Below, in pieces: positions 21,418 through 42,105 of a DNA stretch of 64,000 bases. Position 1 is the stretch's first letter; every line of letters starts with the position of its first letter. The notes under the pieces are model-generated. The model saw nothing but the letters and a program-made list of their open reading frames with translations. It did no database searches and was not told the origin of the DNA. Both the position numbers and the translations under genes were made by a program. The DNA comes from the human T2T-CHM13v2.0 reference genome, Homo sapiens, in the NCBI RefSeq assembly GCF_009914755.1, contig NC_060940.1, one strand, 5' to 3'.

Positions 21418-21804
21418 AGGAGGTGGACTTTCTGGCAGTTCCCTCTGTAGAGATTGTCTGTAGGTTTGGTCTACCAAAGCAAAGACCACATTAAAAACAA
21501 AAAAACAAAAAACAAAAAACAAAAAAAAAAAAAAAAAAAAAGAGAGAGAGAGAGGATCGACCCAGACGATTGAGTGCAAATAAACTTCCATGTTTTCTGA
21601 GGGAGAGAGAGCCAAACACCAGGGGTACAGGCAGTCTGATTTCCAGAGAGGGACTCTGTCATGGATGTGATGGGAGATGTGTTATCTGCTTTTTCTCCAA
21701 ACAGATCCTGAACCCATTCTCACTCAGCAAGCTTCTGATGAAAAAACAACGAACATTTGTGTCATAGGCACAATTCTAGAGATGGTCATCCAATAATTAA
21801 TCTT

Positions 21805-22117
21805 GCCGGGTGCGGTGGTTCAAGCCTGTAACCCCAGCACTTTGGGAAGCCAAGGCAGGAGGATCTCTTGAGTCCAAGAGTTTGAGACCAGCCTGGGTAA
21901 CATAGAAAGACCCTGTCTCTAAAAAAAAAAAAAAAAAAAATTAAAAAATTAGCCAGACATGGTGGTGCACGCCTGTAGTCTCGGCTACTTGGGAGGCTGA
22001 ATTGGGAGGATCACTCGAGTCCTGTAGTTTGAGGCTGCAGTGAGCTATGATCATGCCACTGCCCTCCAGCCTGGGCAACAAAGCCAGACCTTGTCTCTAA
22101 AAAACAAATAAAAAATT
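21805..22117 (+). mobile_element. Alu (AluJ-like)
   Basis: Sense dimer with TSD aattaatct. Confidence 0.9.
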
Positions 22118-23892
22118 AATCTGCCTTTTTGTGCAATGGTCTCAGCAGCAGCAGCCGTATCTATACCACATGACCTTATACCCCTAGCTGAAGCAGAGCT
22201 TAGGGTTTTGACATGAGAGATGTAAAAGTGGCCCCTTAGGAGGAAGTTTGCACATTCCTGCTGCTGAGTTTCTGCAGCTGCCCTGGTTGCTGGCCCTGCT
22301 AAGCCCTGGTTGTTCAGCCCTTCCTTGGATTCTGTTAATATACCCAGTATCCATCCCATAATCTTTCTTTTTACAATGCCTTTTAAGCCAGTCGTAGTTA
22401 GTTTCTATTACTTGCAAAAGCACAAAACAAAAAAAAAACCCTGAATTTATATGAATAAGAATAGAAAAAATAAATGATTAAGTATATTATTTAAAGCCAT
22501 GCAGGCAATTAAAAAGTTATAAATAATAAAGTCATTAGAACAACCAGCACCCAGAAAAGAGGTGGAGGTTCTCAATAAATATTTATTCAGTGACCGCAGG
22601 AATTTACCCACAATAATATCAAACAAAACTGATGTAGAAACAAGGGAAAAGGGGATAATAAGGCTGAACTAAATTTCGCTCTTTTCAATGGAGACAATAT
22701 GGTTTTAAGTTGATCAATCAAAACACAGAAGCACAATCATATTATTTAGAATTATAGTGTGAACGCCAGAGTTAAAACAAGAAAACGTTTTCTGAGGAGT
22801 GGGAGAGTGTTTTTCTGTCTCCTTCTAAACATCTCCTTCTAAACTCTCAACCCTTTAATAATTTGGCAGAGGGTTCTAAGCTTGTTTGGAAACCCAGGCT
22901 GCGAGGGAGTAGGACTGAAATCCAGAACTCGCCCGGGTCACCGGCACGAGGCACATCCTCCCAGAAGGGGGTGCTGCTTTCTGATGTGCACAGAGGTGCT
23001 CACAGGCCAGACTCCACCTCCTGTTTGCCAGTCCCATAGGAGACAATGGTATCTCATTATTGTTTCAATGTGCATCTCCTTAATTGTGTGTGAGATCGAG
23101 TGGTTTCTCCTGTGTCTATAAGCCATGTGAATTGCCTCTTCATGTCCTTTGCACTAAATGGAAGCTGTGTCTCATCTCGTTCAGAACTTTCTTTTTCTTA
23201 TCTGATCGTTTTATTACTCAGCTCCTCAGTTTAGCTCATTTTTGGCATACTAGCTGGGTTTTAAATTCTCCTTTCCTCTTCCTTCTTCTCCTCTACCCCT
23301 CTCTTCCTCCTCTATCCCTCTCTCCTTCTTTACAGATTTGATTTTGTAAATACCTCCCAGAATCCTAACACTCCTGCTTAGTTCCTTGCAACAGTGTTTG
23401 GGGAATCATACATACCAATGACAGGAATACATCTCGTATCGGTTACAAAATATAAAATGACCATCTTCCTTTTGTTCAGTGCCATTTACTTCTGCAAACA
23501 TCCCTCCATTCTTTCTAGCTCTTCCACAAACCCTCTGCATTCTCCTATGGGCTTAGATTTTTAGGGCAAAAGCCAAGACATCTTGGAGATTATTGTGCTT
23601 TTCAGACCTGCCACAAACCCCCTCAGAGACTAGGACTTTCAAAGTTGACTTTCTGCTTGCTTGGCTGGGGGAAAGACAGTGGGGAGAGGAAAAGTGTATA
23701 AAAATCCATAAATTAAAGTCAAAATGTTGTTCAATTACATTTGGGTAAACCCAGAAACAATTCTGGAAGCACTTGAAGGCAATATTTATCAGTGATTAGC
23801 CCGGGGGGATTTTATGTCTTACTTTGTATAATTTTCTATAAATTAGGATTATGCATGAGTTTTACTTTATTTTCCCCCCTTGGGCATCTCTC

Positions 23893-24053
23893 ATATATAT
23901 ATATATACACGTATATATATATATATACACGTATATATATATACACTTGTATATATATACACATATATATACACGTATATATATATACACACGTATATAT
24001 ATACATATATATACACTTATATATATATACGTGTGTATATATATATACGTGTA

Positions 24054-24105
<52 letters not shown>
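23893..24105. repeat. Compound (TA)n/(CA)n/(TG)n microsatellite
   Basis: Seen directly; ends in about 20 pure TA units. Confidence 0.97.
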
Positions 24106-24846
<741 letters not shown>

Positions 24847-25469
24847 CTCCTAATATTTTTTATTTGAATATTTTCTAGAAAAATAACATCGTAAAATTCA
24901 GAGTAACAAAATGTATACAATGAACACCTAATTTCTCTCTTACTTTCACCCAAGAAACAATTACAATTAATGTTCTCTTATGTAAATTCCTTGTGATATG
25001 ATCTTTGTAGTGTCTCTATGTGTGTGTCTCTATCTCAATCTCTAACTCTGGATATCATCCTCCATTCTTTTTACACAAGTGGGTATGTCACCTACAGACT
25101 TTTATGTCCCCAGTGCTACAACTTGTAAATTGCTTAATGTCAGAGCCCATAAAAATCTACCTCATTTAAAAAAATGGCTGTGTAGCATTCTTCTGTGGAA
25201 GTTCTGTAATATAACAAACACTCTCCCATTGATTGGGAAACATTGTTTCTCATCTTTTGCTACTATTAATAATGTCAAAAGAAATAACCTTGAGCAAATA
25301 TCTTTACTCAGATTCCAGCTTATGTCTAGGATAAATTCTCAAAACTAGAGTTCCTGGGTCAAAGGATTTTTTTTTCTTCCTCATTTCTAATTTTTGATAG
25401 CTATTTCAGAATCTCCTTCCAAAGAAGTTGTACCAGTTTATGCTCACACCAACAATGTGTGAAGCTGGA

Positions 25470-26022
<553 letters not shown>

Positions 26023-26359
26023 GAAGACATTTATTTATATAAATGAAGAAAGTATACAGATAAATTACACAAACACAAATTAGAGAAACTTTGATCTCTC
26101 TCTTCTACTTACTAAATTAGCAACAACAGGTAATACCCCTGCCCAAGTGGTGATGCTATAAAATGTTACAGCTCTTTGGGAATACAATAAGGCAAACATA
26201 AGCCATACAATTGTTCATATTATTCTATTTAATAATCCCACTCCCATGAATTTATCCTAATAAAATTAAAAACTACTTAAGTATTCAGTAATACTGATGC
26301 CCTCTGTTGATGAATCCATTTTCGCCCCCACTTATTTGAAATACCACTTTTATCTTATT

Positions 26360-26575
26360 TAGGGGTTCAATGACATGGATACTCACAGAAAGTCTTGGGT
26401 AACTGAACTCTGAGATCCTGTTCATTTTTATTGCTGACATTTTTGTCTTTCAGATGGTAAAGGAAGTATCTAGAGGAACTGTTGCCTTGGGCCAAATTCT
26501 GGCCAACCAGGCGGAACAAGCTGGTGAGGGGAAGTGACAAGGACCTTAGTAGAAAGTGACTGTGTGGGTCTAGAC
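26360..26575 (+). mobile_element. CR1/L3 ORF2 endonuclease-domain fragment
   Basis: Reads FIFIADIFVFQMVKEVSRGTVALGQILANQAE...(frameshift)TLVESDCV, resembling the CR1 EN segment FL..L.DNF..Q.V.E.TRG...LDL.L.N...LG.SDH. Confidence 0.65.
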
Positions 26576-26896
26576 ACCCTGTCTGCCTCCTACCACTTTG
26601 GTTAACCCTCCAGCTCTTTCCAGCTTAGCTGGGAACATCCCTTGTGGTCAGTATCCTTGACAGCCTAGCACTGTCTCTAATAACAGAAAGTTTGACCAAT
26701 GAGTTCCCCAAATGTGCCCTCCTTTCTCTTGTCTCCACGTTTTTGCCTCTGCCCTTCCCTTTGCCTGCAATATTTTCCCTCACTTTTAGCCTAGCTAACT
26801 CTTCAGCCTTCACATCTGTTTAAAGGTTACCTGCAATGTGAAGGAGATAACATGCTAAGCTAGACACTCCATAATACCTTCTATTTTCTTCTTCTT

Positions 26897-27690
26897 CTTT
26901 TTTTTTTTTTCTTGAGACAGTCTCACTCTGTCACCCAGGCTGTAGTGCAGTGGTATGATCTTGGCTCACTGCAACTTCTGCCTCCTAGGTTCAAGTGATT
27001 CTCCTGCCTCAGCCTCCCAAGTAGCTGAGACTATAGGCACCCACCACCACGCCTGGCTAATTTTTGTATTTTTAGTAGAGACAAAATCTCCTGTTGCCCA
27101 GGCTGGTCTCGAACTCCTGACCTCAGGTGATCCACTTGCCTCAGCCTCCCAAAGTGCTGAGATTACAGGTGTGAGCCACAGCGCCTGGCCTGCTTCTATT
27201 TTCTTAATGGTCTCTATCCAAGATGGATGGGGTGCAGGCAAGAAAGCCACTCAAATTCCAGGGGCCTGATGATCTGGAAAGTGGGCTGAGGTAAATCCCA
27301 AGTAAATACTTTCCATTTCCTGTTTGCCTCAGGACTAGAACCAGCTACATAAAAGCCCAATACAAAATGAAACCGTGCTGGGCACAGTGGCTCATGCTTG
27401 TAATCCCAGCATTTTGGGAGGCCCAGGCGGGAAGATCACCTGAGGCAAGGAGTTCGAGACCAGCCTGGGTAGCACAGTGAAACCTCCATCTGTACAAAAA
27501 ATTAAAAAAATCAGCTGGACATTGTGGCATGCACCTGTAGTTCCAGCTACTCATGGGGCTGAGGTGGGAGGATTGCTTAAGCTTGTGAGGTTGAGGCTGC
27601 TGTGAGCCAAGATTGCACCACTGCACTCCATCCTGGGCAACAGAGCGAGACCCTTTAAAAAAAAAAGAAAGAAAATGAAAAGAAAGAAAG
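26897..27690. mobile_element. Antisense AluS (26897-27190) and sense AluJ (27376-27690)
   Basis: Alu motifs. Confidence 0.9.
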
Positions 27691-27939
27691 AAAAAGCCAC
27701 GCTTCTTTGAGGTGTCATGGAAGTCTAGCTGAAGATTTGTGGAAGTAGGAAATATTTAGTGAACAAAGTCTCCAATGAGATAAGCATGAGTTCCAGAGCC
27801 AGAGGCAAGGATAGCACGGAACAGGATTTGGAGTTGGAGGGATACTTCTTTAGACCCTTCTGTGTGACTATCAGGACTGGATGAAGATATTTAGAATCAC
27901 AAAGAGCTATCTTCATATATGATAAAAACGCCAACAGTG

Positions 27940-28485
<546 letters not shown>

Positions 28486-28489
28486 CTAG

Positions 28490-28967
28490 CCAACACTGTG
28501 GTGCCTGGGTGTGCACAGCCATAAACGGGGAGCATCTCCCTTTGGTTGCATTGTGTATCTTTCATTCTCTGTCTCCGGGCTTTTCTGCTTTCTCCAGATG
28601 GTAGGACTGTAGGAATCTGCATGAATGAACCACACTGACTCATTCACACACCTGGAAAGGCAAGGGAGCTAACAGCCCATGCAGCAACCCTTGACAGATG
28701 AAGGAGGCCTCCATGGATAAATTGCTCTTCTCTGGAGCCTCCTGTTTGGAGAGGATTCATCATCATTCCTCTAAGGACCTCAGCAGGACTGAGCCGCAGC
28801 TGCCCATGGTGGCAACCAGCTCAATAACGTATCCGTGGATCCGTGATCACTCCTTGGTTTCATGCTTCTCCAGCCTCTGCTTTCCTGGAATCACTTTCCA
28901 GATTAAACTGGCTGCCTGCAAGCCCTTATCTCAAGCTCTGCTCTTTGGAAGAACCTAGGCTAAGACA
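28490..28967 (+). mobile_element. LTR16-family ERVL LTR
   Basis: gactgagccgcagctgccc...ggcaaccagctcaataac, ATTAAA and the ctctgctctttggaagaacctaggctaagaca end. Confidence 0.75.
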
Positions 28968-29013
28968 ACAGGTGTGAGAAATTCTACCAACGTTTTAGTT
29001 TTTCCATGACCGT

Positions 29014-29347
29014 TTTTTATTTTTTATTTTCAAGACAGGGTCTCACTCTGTGGCCCAGGCTGGAGTGTAGTGGTGCAATCATGGCTCACTGCAGCCTAGA
29101 CCTCCTTGGGTTCAAGCGATCCTCCCACCTCAGCTTCCCGAGTAGTTGGGACTGCAGGTGCACACTACAACTGACTAATTTTTTTAGTGTTTTTCTTTTT
29201 TCTGTTTTTTGTTTGTTTGTTTGTTTGTTTTTTGTTTTTGAGACAGGGTTTCACTATGTTGCCCAGGCTGGACTCAAACTGAAGGGATCCTCTTGTTTTG
29301 GCCTCCGAAAGTGCTGGCATTACAGGCATGAGCCACTGCGCCCAGCC
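29014..29347 (-). mobile_element. Alu (AluJ-like)
   Basis: Antisense dimer with an expanded linker. Confidence 0.88.
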
Positions 29348-29574
29348 TCCTTGACTATCTCAACGTTCCGGAGTCACTGCTGTTGCTGCTACTGCTGCTG
29401 CCTGAACTGGTTCAAGAGGGCAGGAAAAAAGATAGGCTCAGGAAAGTTTCCAAACAGGGTGGGGAGAATTCAGGATGAGGCTGAGGCCATTGGGGCCTAG
29501 TAAGAGACTTGCAGAAAGGATGGAAAGAACTGGGTGGACAGGATCAGCCATGCATGTGGCAGAGTTAGGACACA

Positions 29575-29935
29575 TTATTAGGAGTATAGCATTGAAAACA
29601 AAGGAGGCAAAAGTTCTCCATTCTTCATGGATCTGATCATAGGCTGGAACACTGTGCGTCGGTTCTGGACACTATACTTTAATAAAGACAACGAAAAACT
29701 GAAGCAAATTAACTCAAAAGTCAACAAAGGTTTTTCAGGACTTGTTACCATGTTATACAAAGAAATAAGGAGATTTACTTGCAGAACTGCTAGGAGAAAG
29801 GGAGGGATAGGGGAGCTATTTTTCAACGTGTGAAGGGTTGTCATGTGGAAGAGGGAATAGGTTTATTCTGCAGGTGAGAAATAATCAGTGGAAGTTAGAA
29901 GGAGCTGGATTTATCTCAGCTTAAGGAGAAACTCT
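29575..29935 (+). mobile_element. CR1/L3 ORF2 C-terminal fragment
   Basis: The ORF at 29627 reads RFWTLYFNKDNEKLKQINSKVNKGFSGLVTMLYKE, resembling CR1 QFWAP.FKKD..KLE.VQRRAT..V.GL....YEE. Confidence 0.7.
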
Positions 29936-30432
29936 GAAACCTGGGGGCCGCCTTCTAACTCCCAAAGGGTCCAAATGCCTGGGGCTACTATGCATGGTAT
30001 GGTATACAACCCAAGAAGAACCAAAGGCAATGGAATCAAAGTTTCTTAGCTTGTCTCTTTCCCGTCGCCTCCATTCATTCCATCAAATTACTGAGCATCT
30101 CAAATTTGCATGAAGGTCTTCCTTACAAAGAATTAAAAACCTTTGGGTAACTTTCATCTTTTGTCCCTAGGCTCTTCTCTCAAAAGGAAATACAAGTCTC
30201 CAGTGTTGCTTCGTTTTGCCAGAGTCCTTCTTGAAATGTGGTTCATGGAACTGAGTGTGTCTGTGATAGCCACGTCCACACACCTTGGCAGCAAGAGTCA
30301 TTTGTATTAGTTCATCACCTAGGATACTTTTTTGTAAACAACAGAAACAGACCCTGGTTAATCCTATGGGAAAAAAAATAAATTTATTAGATTGCAAAAT
30401 AGGTACAGGTAAAACTAAAGGTTAATAGTTGA

Positions 30433-31014
<582 letters not shown>

Positions 31015-31368
31015 TAGAATCTTTTTCACAGGAAGTCAACTTTACAACCTTACCTTAGTTGAAACCTAGCTCCCCATGGAGTTTATTTCTTCTCTCCCTT
31101 TCCATTACCATCCTGAGAAATTTTAGTGTTCTTGCAGATGACTTTCCCAGCATGCTGGGTGGTTGTTCTGCAATCTTCTCAACGAGTGACCTTCTCCTCT
31201 GTTTCCTCATGGCCACACCCTGGACTTGGACATCAGCTAGAGCTGCTCTACTTGAAAAATGTCAGAAATGGATACTTCTATCTGGTCATAGCTTCCTATC
31301 TCTTCACCTCTTCTACACCTTCATTCCCAGTTAACCTATTTTTCAACCTCATCAAAGCCACTGGTTCC

Positions 31369-31830
<462 letters not shown>

Positions 31831-32286
31831 TCACCTTCTTCCCCAGCTGGGAGTCTGTGGTTAGTGAAATGAACATCCCTGTGACCAATAATTCCAGTTC
31901 CTCCACACCTTTGCCTTTCTAACCATTCATTTTCTCAGTTCCTATTTCCAGGCTTTTTGGCATGACTGGAGAAAAATCACAGTATCAAACTCTTTGGCTT
32001 CATGAAAAATTCTTAGTTTATATCCTTAGCTTGATCTTTACACTATCAACAATCCTTTTATGAATTCTTAGATGTTCTCCTTCTCATACAAGCCTTTACC
32101 ACATTCCTGAAGGTCTCTACTCCATTGTATTATTTGATTCCCGAGATGACTTTACTTACAGAGCAAATATAAGCCAACAATTTAAAACAACCTCAACTTT
32201 CCTTTCCTCCATTTTGAAATCAGTCTGTATTTTCCTAGACCTTACCATAATCATGGCATTTTCAGTAGGACAAGGATACTGTCTAA

Positions 32287-32652
<366 letters not shown>

Positions 32653-33009
32653 GGATGCTGTCTGATTTTCAAGGATGTGTTCACCTCTTTCTTCACCATG
32701 TCTCCTATCTTCTCCCCAGGAACCTTGCTTCAGCAATTAATTCTCTATCCACGTACTGTTTCTTCTTTTCCTGCTATGCCTGGTTTCTCCCTCATCTTAT
32801 ATCTATTTCATGTCTCCATCATCTAAAAATTTAAAATCCAGCAATTCCAGCCCCTTTACTTAATCCTATGTTCGCCTCAAATCATGATCATATTGCTCCC
32901 CGCATAATCGTCCAAACCTCTGGAAAAAATGCATATAGTATACATTTTAAAAATGTATCTCCTTTGAGATAATTGTAGATTCACATGCCATTGTAAAAAA
33001 TATTACAGA

Positions 33010-33665
33010 ACACATACATAATGCAGTACTATGGAGCCATAAAAAAGAATGAGATCCTGCCATTTGTGACAACGTGGATGGAACTGGAAGTCATTATGTT
33101 TATGAAATAAGCCAGGCACAGAAAGACAAACTTCATGTGTTCTAATTTAACTTGTTTGTGGGAACTAAAAGTTAAAACATTTGAACTCGTGGAGATCAAG
33201 AGTAGAAGGATGGGTACCAGAGGCTGGGAAGGGTAGTGGGGGTGGGGGGATGGGTACCAGAGGCTGGGAAGGGTAGTGGGGGTGGGGGGATGGGTACCAG
33301 AGGCTGGGAAGGGTAGTGGGGGTGGGGGGATGGGTACCAGAGGCTGGGAAGGGTAGTGGGGGCGCGGGGAGAAAGTGGGAATGATTAATGGGTACAAAAA
33401 ATAGAATGAATAATATCTAGTATTTGATAGCACAACAGGGCATCTATAGTCCATGGTAATCTAACTGTACAATTTAAAATAATTAAAATAGTATAATTGG
33501 ATTGTTTGTAACACAAAGGATAAATGCTTGAGGGGATGGATACCCCAGTTACCCTGATGTAATTACTATACATTGTATACCTGTATCAAAATACCCCATA
33601 TACCCCATAAATACATACATCTACTATGTACCCACAAAAATTAGAAATTAAAAATAAAAAAAAAA
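33010..33665 (+). mobile_element. L1MA-type 3' end nested in an older antisense L1
   Basis: gccataaaaaagaatgagatcctgccatttg...ctactatgtacccacaaaaatt and a poly-A tail. Confidence 0.85.
33208..33362. repeat. Perfect 40-bp G-rich minisatellite, ~3.9 copies
   Basis: Unit tgggtaccagaggctgggaagggtagtgggggtgggggga starts at 33211, 33251, 33291 and 33331. Confidence 0.97.
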
Positions 33666-33669
33666 TAAT

Positions 33670-36330
<2,661 letters not shown>

Positions 36331-36530
36331 ATTTTTTAACCCTTTACTTAGCATTTCCTTTTTGAGACAAACATTGCTCCGCTTATTTCATAAAAATCCT
36401 GTTCAATCCCTGTGGCTTGAAGGCTAACAAGGGCACAGCAAATCAGAATACTCCATCTCCCAGGCTGGAGTGATAGGGTCAGGCGTAGTCATGTCTCCCA
36501 AGCTGGACCATGCAGAATTGTCCTCCCTGA

Positions 36531-37550
<1,020 letters not shown>

Positions 37551-37892
37551 TAGTTTGAACCTCTGAATCCAAGTACGTCTGATGCTAGATACTCTTTGAG
37601 TTTCAGTTATAAGAGCTGTTAAATCTACACCCTCAAACTAAGCGGTTTAAGGTGGGATTATGAGGCACATAATCGAAAGAGTCCAAGATAATGTGACATC
37701 TTATATTTATTATTCATCCTTTCTTTTCTGTAGTTTACTCTTCGATTCCTCATAGTCTGCTTTTCATGTCACAGCACTGAAACTGTCCTTGCTATGTTGA
37801 CTGGTGACAAGAATTTTATGGTCTCTTTTGAGCCCTTTTTATACTTACCCTATTTGTTATATTTGGCATTAAATAAAATCTTTTTTCTAATA

Positions 37893-37931
<39 letters not shown>

Positions 37932-38217
37932 TCTGTTTCTTGGGATTGTAACGTGGGGTATTTTCTACTACACAGCAGAGGCCATGATGGGCATCATCAC
38001 TTAAATTATATCATCTACCCCTCCATCTGTTTCACATGTGTTATGCCATCTTTCTATGTATGTGTGTATTTGGAATTTTGGACCTCAAAACTGGACTTTC
38101 CTTCTCATCTTCTGGACTCTATGTAATTTAAGGATGTATAAATTTGCATCTGATTTTTGGGTAACCATCCCTCAAATTTGGCTCATATTATGCAGGCAGT
38201 CAGCCTGGACTCCTTCA

Positions 38218-38542
<325 letters not shown>

Positions 38543-38844
38543 TCAGCCAATTTGGGATGTCTGGCAGTGGGTGAACCACCTCTTATCGTCTGGGAACTGA
38601 CCTCCCCTTGTAACACCTCAACTGATATACAAAAATAATATACATCGGTTAATATCAGTTCAACTGTCTTAAACAGAAAGGAAAATTAATCAGCTCACAT
38701 AACAAAAACTTCCAAGGTAGCACCTCTTCAGGGTTAGTAAATTCAGTGGTTCAATGTCATCATAGAGAATCCTTCCCATCTTCTGCCATCCTCAGGCTAG
38801 TACCCCTCATAGTCCCAAGATAGCAGAGTTCTAGGGGTCGCCAA

Positions 38845-40530
38845 GATAGACTGCAAAAATTGCTGCACTACATTTTATCCCCTCCCATAAAGAAATATGG
38901 TCTATTTCTCCACCCAACCAGGCTTAGCCACGTGGCTTGCTTTGGTCAATGGGACAACAGCAAATGTGATGCTTGAAGATATTTGAAAAGTGCTTGGGCA
39001 GGGCGCGGTGGCTCACACCTTTAATCCCAGCACTTTGGGAGGCTGAGGCGGGTGGATCACTTGAGGTCAGTAGATTGAGACCAGCTTGGCCAACATGGTG
39101 AAACCCCTTCTCTACTAAAAATACAAAAATTAGCTGGGCATGATGGCACATGCCTTTAATCCCAGCTACTTGGGAGGCTGAGGCAGGAGAATCACTTGAA
39201 CCTGGGAGTGGAGGTTGCAGTGAGCCGAGATTGTTGCAGTGAGCCGAGATTGTACCACTGCACTCCAGCCTGAAGGACAGAGTGAGACTTTGTCTAAAAA
39301 AAAAAAAAAAAAAGGCCTGACGCGGGGGCTCACACCTGTAATCTTTGAGAGGCCGAGGCAGGCAGGCAGATCAGGCTGGCCAACATGGTGAAACCTTGTT
39401 CTACTAAAAACACAAAAAATTAGCCAGGCGTGGTGGTGGGCACCTGTCTTCCCAGCTACTCGGGAGGCTGAGGCAGGAGAATCACTTGAACCCAGGAGGC
39501 GGAGGTTGCAGTGAGCTGAGAATTGCACTCCAGCCTGGGCAACAAGAGAGAAATTCTGTCTCAAAAAAAAAATAAATAAATAAAAAGAAAAGAAAAGTGC
39601 TTCCCCGGACCCCTGCCCAACCCTCTTACTGTACTTTGAGAGCCTGACATATCATGTTAGGAAGCCTGGACTAGGTTCCTGATGTAGTCAAGATGAGCCA
39701 TCCTCAGCTGTCCCTTGTAGATCAAACAGCTTGTGAACTGCTAGACATGTGAATGAAGGCATCCTAGACCATGCAGTCCTAGCTGAGCTAGCTCAGATCA
39801 GAACCAGCTGGCTAACCTACAAAATCATGAGAAATAATAGGTGATTCTGTATTGTCGCTGAATTTGTATGTGTGTGTTTTTTCTTTTCGAGACAGGGTGT
39901 TGCTCTGTCACCCAGGCTGGAGTGCAGTGGCACAATCATAGCTTACTGCAGCCTTGACCTCTTGTGCTCAAGCAACCCTCCTGCCCCAGCCTCCCAATTA
40001 ACTGGACTACAGGCATCCGCCGCTGTGCCTGGCTAATTTTTATTTTTATTTTTGTAGAGACAGAGTCTCGCTATGTGGCTCAGGCTGGTTTTGAACTCCT
40101 GGCCTTAAATGATCCTCCCACTCTTCCTCCCAAAGTGCTGAGATTACAGGTGTGAGCTACTGCAACTGGCCTAGGGTTTTTTTTTTGTTGTTGTTGTTGT
40201 TTTGAGACGGAGTCTCACTCTATCACCCAGGTTGCAGTGCAGTGGCACGGTCTCGGCTCACTGCAACCTCCGCGATTCTCCTGGGTTCAGGCGATTCTCT
40301 TGCCTCAGCTTCCTGAGTAGCTGGGATTACAGGTGAGGTGCGTGCCACCACGCCCGGCTAATTTTTGTATTTTTAGTAGAGACAGGATTTCGCCATGTTG
40401 GCCAGGCTGGTCTCGAACTTCTGACCTCAGGTGATCCGCCTGCCTTGGCTTCCCAAAGTGCTGGGATTACAGGCGTGAGACATCGCACCCCACTGTAGGG
40501 TGGTTTTTAATGTAGCGAAAGCTAATTGAT
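38845..40530 (+). mobile_element. MLT1F/G-like LTR interrupted by four Alus (sense 38996-39312 and 39313-39595; antisense 39877-40171 and 40176-40492)
   Basis: gcttgctttggtcaatgggaca; aaaatcatgagaaataat; gggtggtttttaatgtagcgaaagctaa end. Confidence 0.65.
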
Positions 40531-41289
40531 AGAATCACACACAGACACAACAACATACAGTAACAGGAGAGTGGCCGTCTTGACATTGTATCTATTTTTA
40601 GCTGTGAGGAATGTTTCCTTATGTATCATTAGCTAGAACTGAATCACAGGTCTATTTCTAAACCCATTACTAGCAAAGGGCACGGAATTACCATGATTAG
40701 CTTGGAAAAGCACTGGGGCCATACAGAGAAGAGTAGACTATCCTTCACATGGGGCTTTGCAAAAACATAGGAGCCCTCTATCTTTTTGGGAGAATCACAC
40801 TGGGAGAAGGGATGGTCAGTGAAGGGACCCTTGGTTTCCTATTGGCATTGCATTATCGGGGGGAAGCAATTGTATTTTCTGATTCTTATCGTTCTCCCAC
40901 CTCCCACTATGGCAAATTGGACTAGGGATGCACTGTGGAAGAAAGATTAATCAATTAGAGTCTCTCTCTGGGAATTTGGAATTGAGACTATGTGAGAGCA
41001 TGTGCGGGGGATGGAGATTGTGTCAGGTACACTGGGGGGATGTGGGGAGGCACACACACTCCTACACTCAGGAAGGAGGTATTTCCCAATTTGGAAAGAG
41101 AAAAGTAGATGAGAGGAGAGGAGAGAGAGATCAATCCAATTCACATTTTTTGTTTTCTAGATCTGGGGGCCTCGCTGGATTGCTGCTCTTGGCGGCATGA
41201 GACACCTCTTAATTCTTGTAGTAATTTCCCCTTCATTTGCTTGAGTTAGCCCTAAAGAGCTTCTGTCACTCACAATAAAAGTGTTTTTA

Positions 41290-41770
41290 ATGTGCCATTC
41301 TTATGAAGAGATGCTCAACCTCATTCATAATAAGATAAATGAAAATTAAAATTCCACCAAGAGACCATTTATCACTTATCAGCTTGGCCAAAATAGAAAA
41401 GCATGACAATGTTGTGCGTACCGCTGTGGGGGAAACTGGCATTGTCATCATGAGTAGGATGAGTACAGAAGGCCATAGCCTCTGTGGAGGGCAAGCTGGG
41501 GACATCTATCAGCCTTGAAAATGCACTTACCCTTTGACCTAGCAATCCCTAGTTCTGGGAATTTATTCGACAGTTGCACTGCTGTGGGGAGGAGATGATG
41601 TATGTCCAAGGTCATTTGTTGTAGCATCATTTGCAATAGCAAAAGTTTGGAGATGACCCAAGTTTTTACTGATGAGGGACTGGTTAAACTAACAGTTATA
41701 CAGAATATGATACAACTGTAATGATTGATGAAGTTCTCTATGTTCTGATACAGAAAGAACTCCAGAAAAG
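41290..41770 (+). mobile_element. Old L1 (L1ME-type) ORF2 3' fragment
   Basis: tatgaagagatgctcaacctca; ccctttgacctagcaatcc. Confidence 0.7.
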
Positions 41771-41777
41771 TTGTGAG

Positions 41778-42105
<328 letters not shown>

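Noticed and set aside
33208-33362. Regularly spaced identical repeats as a possible CRISPR-like array
   Set aside because: Head-to-tail units with no unique spacers, in human L1 sequence; this is a minisatellite.
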